64,000 bases of DNA from Salpingoeca rosetta (GCA_033442325.1 JAWQFM010000004.1:245510-309509), one strand, 5' to 3'. Positions 29,682 through 63,409 are shown, counted from the first letter of the stretch. Translations and numbers: made by a program. The notes: generated from the letters alone by a model not told the origin.

Positions 29682-31123
29682 CCTCAATGGAAGGGCGAAA
29701 GGGAGAGCAAGAGCAAAGGAGGGGATAAACCAAGTGGGGAGGGTTGGAAGGACAGAGATCCGTCTGTTGACGCGCAACGGCAACCGCGGTACAAGCGTTG
29801 TTGTGGTGGTGCGTTGAAGTGAAAGGGTTTCGGATGAGTACAAGTGCTGTCGAGAGGGTGCTGGGCAAAGAAAGTGTGGACGTGTGCGCGTGTGTATGCG
29901 TGTGGAATGTGTGTGTATGCGTGTGTGTGTGTGTGTGTGTGCGTGGATGAAAGCACACACAAGGGATGGCAGCACACGAGCGGTGCTTGGCTGGTGATGC
30001 TGGAGCTGCTTGGTGGCTGATGGCACTCACGTATATCCGTGCGTGCGTGTGTGCTCGTGCGGATGATGGTGATGGGTGATGGGTGCGTGATATGAATGGA
30101 TGAATGTGGCGTGTGAGCGCTTTGAAGCCGGCTTGTTTGTGTGGGCTGTGCTGTGGCGTGGTGTGGTGTGGCTGGAAAGGAGGTGGTGAGCGAGAGCGCA
30201 CGCGAAACGGGTGGAAAGGTGGAAGAAAGGCAAAGCACTAACTCTCAAAGGTGAGCCAAGTAGCGGAACAGGGTGTGGGACGGGTGCGAAAATGAGGGCG
30301 TGCGTGCACGCAAGACGGAAGAGGGTTGGTGTCGAGAAAGAGGGGAGAGGGAGTGAGGGGGAGAAAGAGAGGTAGGCAGGGAGGGAGAGTGCGTGTGGGT
30401 GTGTGGGTATATGGGGGACGAGAACAAGCAACGGCCAGGCAGAGAGAGAGCGAATGACGACGGGCGAGGCACACGCCACCAAACAATGGATGGGTGGGGT
30501 GGAAGGGGACAGAGAGTGAATGCACAAAGCAATCTGGGTGGGGTAGTGAAGTTTGGTGGATGTGTGTGGATGCGTGCGTGTGTGCGTGTGTTTGTGTGAA
30601 GGAGTGAACAATGCTGTCGTTGTTGTGGCTGTTGCTGTGGTTGCTGCTCTTGGTCGTCAGCTCGCTTGCTCGCTGGTTGAGAATCACTGACGGATCGACA
30701 GCCGGGAGGTCCAACAACTGGCAACTTTCAACCAGCCAACCAGCCAGCCAGCCAGCAAGCTAACCAAACGAAGTGCAGGAGCATCGATCTCGCACGCTCT
30801 GGTCGCGTTACCTGTGTTGAGGAGGGTAGGCCTGGGTGGCTGTAGCCACTGAGGGTGGTGGGTATCTGGTGGTAGTGGTGGTGGCGGTTGTGGTGATGGG
30901 AGGGCAGTCAAGCAAGCAACGCAAGCAAGTCAGGCCAGGTGAGTGAGTGTGTGCGTGCGTGTGCGTGTGTGTGTGCGTGTGTGGCAGTCAGTGTCCGTGC
31001 GTGCATGCGTGCATCAGAAAATGGTGGATGCGGGAGGGAGAGGGAGATGGTGGGTTGGTGTGCGAAGGTGTGGCTGCACACACAGACCGACAGAAAGGCA
31101 AGCGACCCACCCTCGCCCAACAC

Positions 31124-31160
<37 letters not shown>

Positions 31161-31879
31161 GGCGAGCACGAAGCAGTAACCACGAGTCGTCACAGCAGCC
31201 AACACTCTCACGAACGAACGATGCGCCAAGGCGAACCAACCGGGTGTGTGTGTGTGTGTGAGTTTGAGCGTGTGGCGTGTGAGTGAAGGCGAGAAGAAGA
31301 AGAAGGAACACCACGCTACGCAAACAGAGGGCGGCAATCAATGGAAAAGGCAGGCGGCAGCAGCGGCGTGCGTGCGTTGGTGCGTTGTGCTTTGTGTTTT
31401 GAGTTTTGCTGGGTGGGCTGGTCAGTGAATGCTTGCAAGCACCAATGCAAGCAAGAAAAAAAAATTAAAAAATAAATTGCATGCGATCACACCCAAACAA
31501 CAAGCGGCAGTGGTGTTGCGATAGTTTGTGGGTCTGGAAGCGAATATTCTTGCAGGTGAGGCGCGTTTCTGCAGCTTTTGCTGGGGAGAGGCGACCGTTA
31601 TCGCACAGCGCGTGTGTGGGAGGGGGGCATTGTTGTCTTGGCGTGGCTTTGTTGCGGAGTGGCGAATGACAGAGAAGTTTATGTGAAGACATTGAGAAAA
31701 GATGGGCATCGAGGCACCGATGTGTTGACTGATGGCAAACAATCAGTGAAAGCTCCGTTTGCATGCAAGCAAGCAAACAAGCCACTGCACAGCGACAGCA
31801 CAAAATGCGTACACAGTCAGATCGCTGACTCAGCAGGAGGTGGTGGAACAAAACAAACACAACAAAGTCGTGTCAGATC

Positions 31880-31932
<53 letters not shown>

Positions 31933-32109
31933 ACTGCAATCGTGGGAGCAATGAGCCAGGACGCTTACGTTGCCCGCATCTCACTGGTTGAAGCGAGACA
32001 GCACTGCAATCAAACAAGGAAGAAGCAGAACACAAACAGCAAAGCACATCAACACGTGAGAGGTAGAGGTGAAGGCATGACACAGTCACAAAGTGCATGG
32101 CACACCATT

Positions 32110-32177
<68 letters not shown>

Positions 32178-32237
32178 GAGCGTGTGCAGCAGGCACGATA
32201 ACACCACCCTGTTTCCCCTTTTCCCCGTCGTCCTCAC

Positions 32238-34564
32238 CTCGATCCATGACGCGCCAAATCTCAGGCTTGGACTTGTACTCGGCCAGCTTCTCTGGATGGT
32301 CCACGCAGTCCTCAAACGCAGCCTTGATCTCCGGGTTCTGTGCAGTTGGGGGAACGTGTTGTGTGTGTATTGTGTGCGTGTGCGTATTGTGTGTGTGTGT
32401 GTTTGTGTGCGTATTGTGTGTGTGTGTGCGTATTGTGTGTGTGTGTGTTTGTGTGTGTATTGTGTGTATTAGTTTGAAGACGTCTGTCACCCCCTTGCAC
32501 CCACATTCAGACACGTGTGCATACAGTAAAAGTTACGTGCAGGTGAAAATGCTATGCAAGCACATGCACAGGGCGCGCACGCCAACCAAACAACCAAACA
32601 AACAACCAAACAACCAGCACACCTTCAAAGCCTCGAGCGTTTGGTCGTCGTTGAGCACCTCATTCACGGCCGGATCCTCCATGATGGTCTCCATCTGCCA
32701 CATTGTGCAGAACAGAGGAAAAGCATGCGTTGATTGCATTGATTGCGTTGATTGTGTTGATTGCATTGATTGCGTTGATTGCGTTGATTGTGTTGATTGT
32801 GTTGATTGCGTTGAGTGTGAGGGGTTTGCGACAAAAAAAAAAAGGGTGCGAAACGTGCACCGGGCAGCACCAAGACTGTACAGCACCCACAGTGGAGGTG
32901 GTTGCGAGCCGAAGCATATGGCTCTGTTCAGCGGCAAGATCAAACTTGCAGCAAGGGCGTGTTGCGCTGTCACATCACCTTTTGCATGTTCGCCTTGACT
33001 TGCTTCCTGAGTGCGATACCTTCCTCACTGTCGTCGGGATTGATCTTGTCAGCTGCAGCAAGGTCCTTGTGGCTCTTCTCCCTGGACACCCCCCCCCCAA
33101 CGCCAAACAACACAAACAGACAAGCACCAGGCAGACAGTCAGGTGAATCGGTGCATCCATGCGGAAGCAATGTATCAACAACAACCTCAACAGCGGCACA
33201 CCAAAACGTCGCAAACGATGCATGGAATTTAAGAAGCACTCTGTTGCGCCACACTCCGCTGACAACACACCAGCAGTCACTCCAAGATCCACAAACACAC
33301 ACACACTCACACACCCACTCACTCACACACGTTCACACACACTCACACACTCACGCTCTCTCATTCTCACCAAAGAGCCAGCATGGCGTGTGCCTTGCCA
33401 CGGCAGCGCAGGGCGTACAGGCTCTCCTTGTTGTGCTCGAGCGCGGCGTCGCAGTCGGCGATGGCGGCCGTGGGCATCTTCAGCGCAGTCAAGGCCATTC
33501 CGCGCATGGCAAGCATCCTGCACAACAGCAGCACGGTAGTGCCAGTGCAGTTTGGGAAGTGCAGCGAGAAGAGCAAGCATGTCAGTGAACAACAGTGCAC
33601 AGTGTGAGCCTGTGAACAACACAGCGTGAGAGAGAACATGTCCGCAGATACCCTGATACAAACACAAACAAACGTTTCGACACCAACTGAAAAAAAAGGG
33701 GGGGGGGATGCGTGGTGTTGTCGAGCGGCACGTAGCAGTACTCCACTACACGTGGTGTCGGAGTCATGGGCAATGTCAGACAGACGGATGTACAGCAACA
33801 ACGGCGTTTGTGTGACAAGGCCACACCTGTGGCTGCTGCCGTCCAGGCCTACGGCCTTGTTCGCAAGCTCCAGCGCTTCGGTGGCCCTGTTCTCCCTCAA
33901 CGCCGTCTTGATCTTTGGAACGAGCTCCTTGGCGTCCTCCTTCTCGCTCGGAGACGGCTAATCATAAGGAGTGTGCGTGTGTGTGTGTGTTGCAGTGAAG
34001 GTGGGGTGTGAAGATGCGGGATGGAGGGGTGATGAGGGTTCATTTGCGTGCTGCAAAACGCACAACCAAACAAACAATAATATAAACACAACACAAACAA
34101 AGCAAGGCAAGGCAAGGCAAGCAAGTTAACCCAACATAAGCACATGACTCGTGCACACACACACACACGTCATGTCACAACACTTCACACAACACGCCAC
34201 ATCTACCGTGTGCGCAGCGTACCGATGCGTTTGCCTTTGTGAGGTCCGAGGGAGTGCCTTCGGCGCCAATGACGCCTGTCATGTTCAACTCAGCGAAACC
34301 CCTGCAAGAACGAGAAAGGAGGACGGTCACATCACAAACAAAAACAAAACGTGCAGTGAGCAGTGAAGCAAGGACACAGGCCAACAAAGAGCTCAAGGTC
34401 AGTCCTTCAGTCGATGCTTCTCTACGGCAGTCTATCAAACACAAGGCCCCAGGCATCCTCTCATCAGCACAGCACAGCACAGCACAGCACAGCACAGCAC
34501 TCCAAGCAGCCCATAGGCATCGTGTGTGTCACATCCTCATCCACCCTCACAGCCGTAGGTACAT
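32238..34564 (-). CDS. Hsc70-interacting protein (Hip/ST13)-like TPR + STI1 co-chaperone, reduced form (last exon not resolved)
   Basis: MYLRL|GFAELNMTGVIG (A-rich context, in-frame phase-2 splice); TPRs AAIADCDAALEHNKES..ALRCRGKAHAMLALWEKSHKDLAAA; STI1 VNEVLNDDQTLEALKNPEIKAAFEDCVDHPEKLAEYKSKPEI. The 3' terminal exon, at or below about 32.0 kb, is ambiguous. Confidence 0.75.
32728..32814. repeat. 9-bp minisatellite (TTGATTGCG/TTGATTGCA/TTGATTGTG)n in a Hip-like intron
   Basis: Directly visible, about 9 units. Confidence 0.85.
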
Positions 34565-34900
34565 TTTGTTGTTGCAGATCTTTGCTGCTGTTTTGGTTTG
34601 GTGCGGACAAAGGAAAAAATACGCCCCCCTCCACGTCTGCTCGTCTGGTGCGTGTGCGGGAAATGTCCTTCTCGCGTGAAGATATGGGTAAATTTTCGAC
34701 GCCCGCATGGATGGGCCCGTACCACACAGTTGCGCGCACACGACACCAAGTTGTGCACCTGCTGCTCGCTCGCTTGTTGCTTGCTTGTTGTTGTTTGTTG
34801 TGCCTTTTTCCTCCTTCCTTCCTTCCCGCACCTTGTTTCTCGCTGCATATCCAACCCCTCAACAATCAACCCACAAGCACGCACGCACACGCACGCAAGG

Positions 34901-43662
<8,762 letters not shown>

Positions 43663-43891
43663 TGCAAGCACAAATTGCAACGCACAAACAAACTGGACGA
43701 CGACGATGACACCCTTTCTCTTCCCTTTTTCCCTGTTTTGCCCCTTGCATCGTTGACCTAACAAGAAGGGCCTGCACTTACACTGCTGCGTCCCCTCTGC
43801 ACCCGTTTCCTACGTGCTGACGTGGTCCCACTTTCCCTCCAATCAAAGCAGTAGTACACCACAACCGCCAATGTGAACAAGACAAGTGGAT

Positions 43892-43944
<53 letters not shown>

Positions 43945-44155
43945 CGACACGCACACACACACACACACCACACAACACACACACACACACACACAGCAAC
44001 ACACCTCCTCCTCCACCACCACCCTCCTTCCTGCTGGCACGACTTTTTGTGGAAATGGTTCGAGAAAATTCTCAGCATTCGCCACTCTCGATTGCCCACA
44101 ACGCTTCCAAGCAAGAAGCTACCAGCCACTGCGCACACCAACCAACCAACCAGCC

Positions 44156-46628
44156 ATGTTGGCGCGTGCTGCCTTTGCTGGTGGTGACGATTCTGATGAT
44201 GATGGTGAGGATGTGCGGTCGCAGGGTGAGCTGGAGTGCGTCTCATGCGGCCATGTGAGCTCGGGGCAAGATGGAAGCGAGTTGGTTATGTATAAGCTAA
44301 CAGGCGACAAGCTGTGCTCTGCTTGCTGGTGCTTCACCTGTGAACGCCCTCTGCGACGCTTTGGGCTCTCCCTGCCTCAACAAGCCAAGGACTCATGGGC
44401 GTCGACAGGCAAGACGCGCATCGCCATTTGCACCTGCACCAAGACGACACCGCGACAAGCAACCCCTGGGCCAAACGACCCTGCCACCCCTTCAAAGCAA
44501 TCTGTGGCAACAAGGGCTACACCGCCGCCGCCGCCGCCTCCATCAGAGCCACGATCTCCATCTCCTTCATCACAGGTGCAGACGTTTGGTCTTGATTCAT
44601 GTTTGCTCCCTCCTAGTTTCAACATCAGCAGCCAACGTATCCCCCTCGTGCTTGCGTCACCCCTTTCAACACAGCACGGGAAGCATGTGACACTCGCCAC
44701 AGACCACAACACACACACACACACATTACGATCACAACACTCCCCCTTTCATACTCTCACCACGCATGCACTTAACCACCCTTTCCCTCCCCATACACAC
44801 ACACACACACACATGAACTTGAAACCTCCCCCACCGCACACACACACACACATGAACACACACACACACATACACACATACACATGAACACACACCGCAG
44901 CCTTGGCACCCGTCGCATGATGAGGTGCTGGAGGAAATCCGTGATTTGAAGTCGCTGTACAAGCAAGGGCTCGCAACGCCTTCTGCGCAGCCCGCACAGG
45001 AGCAGAGCGTACAGACATCGCCCGCGCACCAGCTTCAGCAGATGATGCTGCTGCACCAGGAGCACCAGCAGCGGCAGCAAGACGCAGCGAGGCAGCAGCA
45101 ACTACACGACAAGCAGCAGGCGCGGTTGGAGGAGAGCGCATCTGCGCTGCGCAAGGAGGTGGCGGCCCTGGAACTGCAAAAGGCGGCGGTGGTGACGGAT
45201 ATGGAGCGGCAGCGGTTTGAACTGCAGGTGGAACAGAAGCGACTCGAGCTCGAGGTGCAGCAGCTTAAGGCCCAGCAGGACATGCGCGCGGCCCAGGCGG
45301 AGGCCGCGGCACAGATGCGGCACAACGAGGTGGCGGCGGAGGTGGAGGCGACACAGCGGCAGCTGCGCTCGTACCAGCACGAGGTGGAGATGGTGGAGAA
45401 GCGATTGGATGCGAGCAGGGCGCAGGCGGCGACGCTGGAGAAGGAGCATGCGGCACAGATGGCCAAGCTGAACGATGACATGAGCAGCGCACGCGCCGCG
45501 GCCGACCGCGAGAAGGAGGAGATTCGCCAGTGCCTGCAGGCAACGCTTGCAGAGGCGGAGGCGGCCAAGACACAGGCACAGGCGGACGTGGCGTTGCTGC
45601 AGCAGCAGATTGACGACCTTCAAACAGCGCTGGAGATGCTGCAGGGGCAGGTGACACAGGAGCAGGAAGCAGCCGAAGCAGCCACACGTGCTCGAAGGAC
45701 AGCGGAGGAGGACTGCGCGCGTGTGCAGGCGGAGCTGTCGAACCTCCAAGCCGAACTCGAGGGCATCAGGGGCGAAGTTGAGTTGGCCCAGGCAGCCGCG
45801 CTGCGGCGAGAGGAGGAAGAGGCGGCAACACAGGCGGCGATAACAGCACGCAGGGCGACGGAGGAGGAGGTGGCGAAGATGAAGGAGGAAGCAGAGCGCC
45901 TGCTGAAGGAAGCGGAACAGCGCAAGGCGGAGGAAGAGGCGCTGTTGGCGGAGGTGCGGGCGAAGCAGGAGGCCGAGGAGCGTCGGTTGGCGCAGCAGGC
46001 CGAGCAGAAGCAGGAGAGGCAGTTTGAGCGAAACAAGAAGAACCCACGCGTCAGACAGGTGCGCATATGTGTGTGTGTGTCTTGTTTGTTTGTTTGTTTG
46101 TTTGTTTGTTTGTTTGTTTGTTTGTTTGTTTGTTTGTCTGTTTGTTTGTTTGTTTGTTTGTGAGTGTGTGGGTGTGTGTTTGTTTGTGTGTTTGTTTGTG
46201 TGTTTGTTTGTTTGTTTGTGCGCGCGCAAGTGTGTGTGTGTGCATGTGTGTGTGTTTTGTCCTTTGTTTCTCACTCACTCTCCCTCCCATCCGTGCATCC
46301 ATTTTCAACACTTTCCTTTCTCATCTGTGCCCATTGCTTCTGTGCCCTTCTCCACCCTCTCCCCCCTGCTCTCTTTTTTCTCTCCTCTCGCCCTGGTACT
46401 TGCCTCTCGCCTGTCAGGCCAACAAGACGATCGTGCTGCGCCGGCTGAGCAAGCGCGGTACGCAGCACTTTGGCTTCAGTGTCGTGGGCGGATATGACGT
46501 GGACGGGCTGCAGCCGCACGTGGCCACCATTGACGAGTTTGGGCCTGCTGCGGAATCAGATCTCCACGTCGGCGACTTTATCGTCTCCATTAACGGACAG
46601 GTTCGCGCACGTGGGTGCACGTGTGTAG

Positions 46629-46710
<82 letters not shown>

Positions 46711-47822
46711 CATGATTGTCAACGAGCTTCCCTTCTGATGGACACACACACACACACACTCACATAGCACCAAACTCCAAAATCATCACTGTCACACACA
46801 TACACACACACACATACATACATACACATACACACATACATACATACACGCACACACTCATGCTCACGCACACACACCGCACACAAAAATATCACACCAC
46901 GCTTGCAGCGGTATGTCAAGTCGTCGCTGAAGAAGATTGAGCACGCGATTGCCGTTGCCGGACGGAGCGGCCGCCTGTCCCTCTCCGTGCACCGTGACTA
47001 CTCGGGAAAGTTTGTGACCCACTCTGCCATTGCGCTCGGGGTGAGTCTCAACGCAGAGGGAGAGGAGCCCTCGAAACGGCCCCGATCGCCACGCAAGCTG
47101 TCGTCCACACCGCGGCGCCAGAACAACAAGGTGGCAAACGTGGCAATGGCGGTGGCGCGCACCAAGGCGGCCGTGAACCGCGTCAAGAAGACCAAATCGT
47201 CATCGTCATCATCGTCCCCCTCGAGCCCATCATCGTCATCAGCAGCAGCAACATCGACAATGTCAGCAGGGAGTGCCGGCCTGAGGAGCAAGAGCGCTTC
47301 GGCCACGCCAACGGGCGCCAGCAGGGGCAAGAGCAGGGTTGGCAAGACAAGCAAACCAGTAACGGGGCAGACACGGCGTGGCGATGGTGTCGCAGGTGGT
47401 GATGGTGCAACCACGACAAGCGCGAGCACACCCTCTTCAACGCAGTCGACGCCTGCCAAGGTCGGGTTTGGGGTGCGGACACCAAGTACCACCTCTTCCT
47501 CGCCTGTCACACCAACCACGTCCACCCCATCCACCCCTGGTGGGAACAGGTCCGGCGTGGTGACGATTGGCAGCACTTCGCGCCGGCCCATCTCTGGTGG
47601 TGGCGGCGCACGTGTGCGGCAACCGAAGAGTCCCCACGCGTCGTCACCGCTTGCACGGCGCCAGGGACCGCCGCAATCCATGCCTGCGTCCCCGCTCTCA
47701 TCCCCAGCAAAGGGATCCACAACGTACGTGTACTTGTGTGTGTGTGTGTGTGTGTTTGCGTATTGTGTGTGTGTGTGTGCATGTGTGTGCATGTGTGTAT
47801 GTGTGTGCATGTGTGTATGTGT

Positions 47823-47858
<36 letters not shown>

Positions 47859-48513
47859 CATGACACTGTGAACATGTGCCTTTCTTTGTCTTCGCCAACC
47901 TCACACAGCACTGACATCTTGTTCTCTGCTCATACATATACACATACACACACACACACACACATACACACACTCGTCCAGTAGCGGCGGCACCAAGCCG
48001 CAGCAGCCGCAGCAGCGGGTGTCGCTGCGTGATTTGTCGCGCCGTGCCAGTGCGAAGAAGGCGTCGGTGCCGCGCGCGACGGAGGCCGCAGAGATGCCCG
48101 TGGTCGTCGTCACAGATGAGGCGGCGGCGCCCGCACCACACACCGACACGAGCACGAACACCGACAGCAGCACAGCAGTTGAAGGCGAGCGTGGCGCTGT
48201 TGACGATGACGATGGTGGTGACGGTGGTGATGGTGGTGATGGTCGTGCGGTGAGAGCGACAACAGCAGCCGCGGGTGATGAGGTGTCGGAGGCAGATGAG
48301 GCCACCGAGGAGCAGCAGGAAGGTGGGGCTGTTGAGGGAGATGATGATGATGAGGGAAGCGCACCAAGCCGTGCCGCGGGGAAGAACCCGTCGGAGGCAA
48401 CAGGTGGTGATGGCGACAATGGGGAGAGCAGCGTCAGCGAATCAACACCAGCAACGACTGAAGTTGAACGCGAGGGCACTGTGCTTGAAGAGGCGCAGGG
48501 AGAGGAGCAGTAG
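44156..48513 (+). CDS. Uncharacterised protein: Cys-rich N-terminus, ~370-aa coiled coil, PDZ domain, S/T/P-rich and acidic tail
   Basis: Exons about 44156-44575, 44901-46058, 46418-46600, 46909-47723 and 47982-48513. PDZ motif QHFGFSVVGG...GPAAESDLHVGDFIVSINGQ. Confidence 0.75.
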
Positions 48514-49066
48514 GTGCTCACGATGGGATTACGAGAACAGGTGCGAGACGGCTGTTCTGCTGTTGGTCTAGAGAGAGAGAAAGAGAGAGAGACAGAGAGA
48601 GACAGAGAGAGAGAGATTGTTGGCATGACAATCTTCTGTATACTACACCACCACCAACAACAACAACAGCACTGTGCGATTATTTCGCTGCATGGATGCA
48701 TGTCCTTCACCACACGACTCGTCGTTTACCTTCTTTTTTTTTCGTTGCAGCTGCTGCTGGAGTCCAGCACGTGCTCGCATGGCTGCGTACTGCGTATCAT
48801 TATTTCTGATTTGCTTCTTCTTCTGGTTGTTGCTGTGGGTGTGGTGCGAGGGAGTGAGTGAGAGAAGTGGAAGCGGAGAGACTGTTGTCCATCTCCTTTC
48901 GCGCTTGCCGCTTTTGTTTGCTGCTTTGCACTGAGCACCCATTCAAACCGACTCCAACGACAGTCAGTGAGTCGTGGCAGGGACGGTTGTGGCCATCGGC
49001 GAAGAGAGGACGTTAGCGTGAGAGAGAGTGAGAGAGGGGGGTGATGGGCAAATGCAGTGATGTGAG

Positions 49067-49179
<113 letters not shown>

Positions 49180-49344
49180 GAGGAAGGACTTCGCCCTTGT
49201 TGCCGCATTTTGTGCGATTGCAACAATACGAAAGCAACAATACGAAAGCAGCCGAGACAAGAAGAGCCAAACGTGCAACAGACAACAGCAGTGACCTTCT
49301 TCCATACCACCTCCTGCATCGCGCACTGCTGACAGCCTGACAGC

Positions 49345-49948
49345 NNNNNNNNNNNNNNNNNNNNNNNNNNNNNNNNNNNNNNNNNNNNNNNNNNNNNNNN
49401 NNNNNNNNNNNNNNNNNNNNNNNNNNNNNNNNNNNNNNNNNNNNNNNNNNNNNNNNNNNNNNNNNNNNNNNNNNNNNNNNNNNNNNNNNNNNNNNNNNNN
49501 NNNNNNNNNNNNNNNNNNNNNNNNNNNNNNNNNNNNNNNNNNNNNNNNNNNNNNNNNNNNNNNNNNNNNNNNNNNNNNNNNNNNNNNNNNNNNNNNNNNN
49601 NNNNNNNNNNNNNNNNNNNNNNNNNNNNNNNNNNNNNNNNNNNNNNNNNNNNNNNNNNNNNNNNNNNNNNNNNNNNNNNNNNNNNNNNNNNNNNNNNNNN
49701 NNNNNNNNNNNNNNNNNNNNNNNNNNNNNNNNNNNNNNNNNNNNNNNNNNNNNNNNNNNNNNNNNNNNNNNNNNNNNNNNNNNNNNNNNNNNNNNNNNNN
49801 NNNNNNNNNNNNNNNNNNNNNNNNNNNNNNNNNNNNNNNNNNNNNNNNNNNNNNNNNNNNNNNNNNNNNNNNNNNNNNNNNNNNNNNNNNNNNNNNNNNN
49901 NNNNNNNNNNNNNNNNNNNNNNNNNNNNNNNNNNNNNNNNNNNNNNNN
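49345..49948. other. Assembly gap (intergenic)
   Basis: Run of N. Confidence 1.
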
Positions 49949-49992
49949 CCGACCCCCACAAAAAAAAGGCTGTCCCGCCCCGCAAACGCGAG

Positions 49993-50086
<94 letters not shown>

Positions 50087-50329
50087 AGCACGCATATGAG
50101 TGTTTGTATCCGTGCGTGTTGTGTGTGTGTGTGTGTGTTTGTGTGTTTGACTGCTTGTTGGGTGCCTGTGCCACCTTGCTTCATTGCTTGCTGTCTTGTG
50201 TTAGTCCAGCGCAGTGCATTTATCTTCATCTTCATAACAGAGAGTCAGGGAGCGAGAGCGTGCAACACGTGTGCTGTTCGGCATCACAATACAACGAACA
50301 AATGTGCTTCCACATATCGTGTGGCAGTG

Positions 50330-54078
<3,749 letters not shown>

Positions 54079-54258
54079 CTTGCTTGCTTCTTGCTTGTTG
54101 CTTGTCGTTCTGTTGTCTGCGCCAGTGCAGAAATACAGGCATATCATCCAGCAACTCTCCCAACTGTGCCAGAGGAGGAGGGAGAAGCTGAAGAACTCGC
54201 TTCTCTCCTTTGGTTCTGTGGTCTTGACTTGTTGACATGAGCTGTTCGCACGAAGAGA
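54079..54258. promoter_or_regulatory. Putative bidirectional promoter INTS11/beta-propeller gene
   Basis: Divergent ATGs 180 bp apart. Confidence 0.45.
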
Positions 54259-55563
54259 ATGAAGCAGGGCAAGAGAACAGGCTGCCTGCAGGCACGTGGT
54301 GGGTTGCTCCTCGCGTTGCTGGCGGTTGCAGTGTGCTGGATGCCGTTCAAGATCAGCAGCGTTGTTGGAGAGGTGACCATGGTGGAGGATGATGCGGGCG
54401 CGCTTCACATCAACACCAGCGATCCAGCGAGCCAACCCGTGTTTGTGAACGGAATGAATGTGGATGCGCTGTTCGAGATGGTCACAGCGCAGCAGAGCAT
54501 GCTGCAGGAGCACCAGCAAAACGTGCAGGCACAGCACAGTATGATTGCCAAGCGGCAGGACGTGATCAGCTTGAACCAAGCAAGGATCGACGCGCTGAGA
54601 GCTGAGGTGTGCAGTGCCAGCGCAGATACCTTCGGACAACTCAGCTCAAGCAACAACAAGTGGGTGGGCGGCGTGCTTGGCAGCAACGGCTTGATCTATG
54701 CCGTTCCGTTCAATGCGGACTCCGTTCTCATCATCGACCCGAGTACGCACACAGTGGACACGACCACCATCTCTGGGCTTGGGACAGACACCAACAAGTG
54801 GGCCGGTGCAGTTGTGGCCCACACTGGTCTCGTCTACATGTTCCCGTCAAGCAGGGCAAGCATGCTCATCATCGACCCCAACACGAACATATCTGACACG
54901 ACAAGCATTGCGTCGCTTGGCTCTGGAGCCGATAAGTGGTGGAGTGGTATCGCGGCCGACAACGGCCTCATCTTTGGCATCCCCAGCAGAGGCGATTCTG
55001 TGCTGATCGTCGACCCAAGTACCAAGACTGCTGATGCCACCACGCTACGTGTAGTCGGCACACAAATTAAGTGGTACAGTGGCGTGCAATTGCCCAACGG
55101 CCTTATCTACTGTATGCCCGTGTACTTATCGTCGATCCTGGTCATCAACCCCGCGACCCTCACCATCCAAATAGTCAGTGCAGAGAGAAGTAGCGGAGGT
55201 TACGGTGGTGTGCTTGCCAGCAACGGCCTCATTTTCACCATTGCTGGCCGCGTCTTCACAAGGCTTGTCATCGACCCATCCACCAACACCACGACCAAAG
55301 TCGGTGTTGCCGAGGAGGAGCAAACAGACATTCAGTGGATTGGCGCTGTGCCAGCCCCAAACGGCAACGTCATCGGCATTCCATTTTATTCCCCAGCGGT
55401 ATTCATTTTGGATCCATCCACCAACACCGTCGATACAACGACCATTTCTTACCTTGATGCATCAGGAGGCAAGTGGTGGGATGGTGTTCTTGCCAACAAC
55501 GGTCTCATCTACGGCATTCCACACAACACCGACACGGTCCTCGTCATTGACCCGGGATGCTGA
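54259..55563 (+). CDS. Intronless secreted/anchored protein: hydrophobic leader, short beta-rich segment, coiled coil, 7 tandem ~46-aa beta-propeller repeats
   Basis: Single 434-aa ORF. Repeat consensus KW.GGVLA.NGLIY.IP....SVL.IDP.T.T.DTT occurs 7 times. Confidence 0.85.
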   Translation: MKQGKRTGCLQARGGLLLALLAVAVCWMPFKISSVVGEVTMVEDDAGALHINTSDPASQPVFVNGMNVDALFEMVTAQQSMLQEHQQNVQAQHSMIAKRQDVISLNQARIDALRAEVCSASADTFGQLSSSNNKWVGGVLGSNGLIYAVPFNADSVLIIDPSTHTVDTTTISGLGTDTNKWAGAVVAHTGLVYMFPSSRASMLIIDPNTNISDTTSIASLGSGADKWWSGIAADNGLIFGIPSRGDSVLIVDPSTKTADATTLRVVGTQIKWYSGVQLPNGLIYCMPVYLSSILVINPATLTIQIVSAERSSGGYGGVLASNGLIFTIAGRVFTRLVIDPSTNTTTKVGVAEEEQTDIQWIGAVPAPNGNVIGIPFYSPAVFILDPSTNTVDTTTISYLDASGGKWWDGVLANNGLIYGIPHNTDTVLVIDPGC

Positions 55564-55622
55564 GGCGCGGTGGTGCTGTTCTCTGTTTGACTGCTGCTGG
55601 GCCTCCAGTGTATAATGTTGTT

Positions 55623-55710
<88 letters not shown>

Positions 55711-55871
55711 NNNNNNNNNNNNNNNNNNNNNNNNNNNNNNNNNNNNNNNNNNNNNNNNNNNNNNNNNNNNNNNNNNNNNNNNNNNNNNNNNNNNNNNNNN
55801 NNNNNNNNNNNNNNNNNNNNNNNNNNNNNNNNNNNNNNNNNNNNNNNNNNNNNNNNNNNNNNNNNNNNNNN
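55711..55871. other. Assembly gap (intergenic)
   Basis: Run of N. Confidence 1.
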
Positions 55872-55961
55872 ATCCCTGAACGTTCCATCACACACACACA
55901 CACACACAACACAACACACACACACACACAAAACTGAGAAACGGTGCAAACCTCAAGCACG

Positions 55962-63409
<7,448 letters not shown>

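Noticed and set aside
29700-31900. Possible gene or transposon in the 2-kb interval
   Set aside because: No coherent ORF, TIR, LTR or transposase motif; looks like 5'-UTR/regulatory DNA of the mucin gene and the 3' end of the Hip-like gene.
54079-54639. N-terminal ~187 aa of the 614-aa ORF as part of INTS11
   Set aside because: It overlaps the beta-propeller gene in antisense and has no homology; ATG 54078 is the plausible start.
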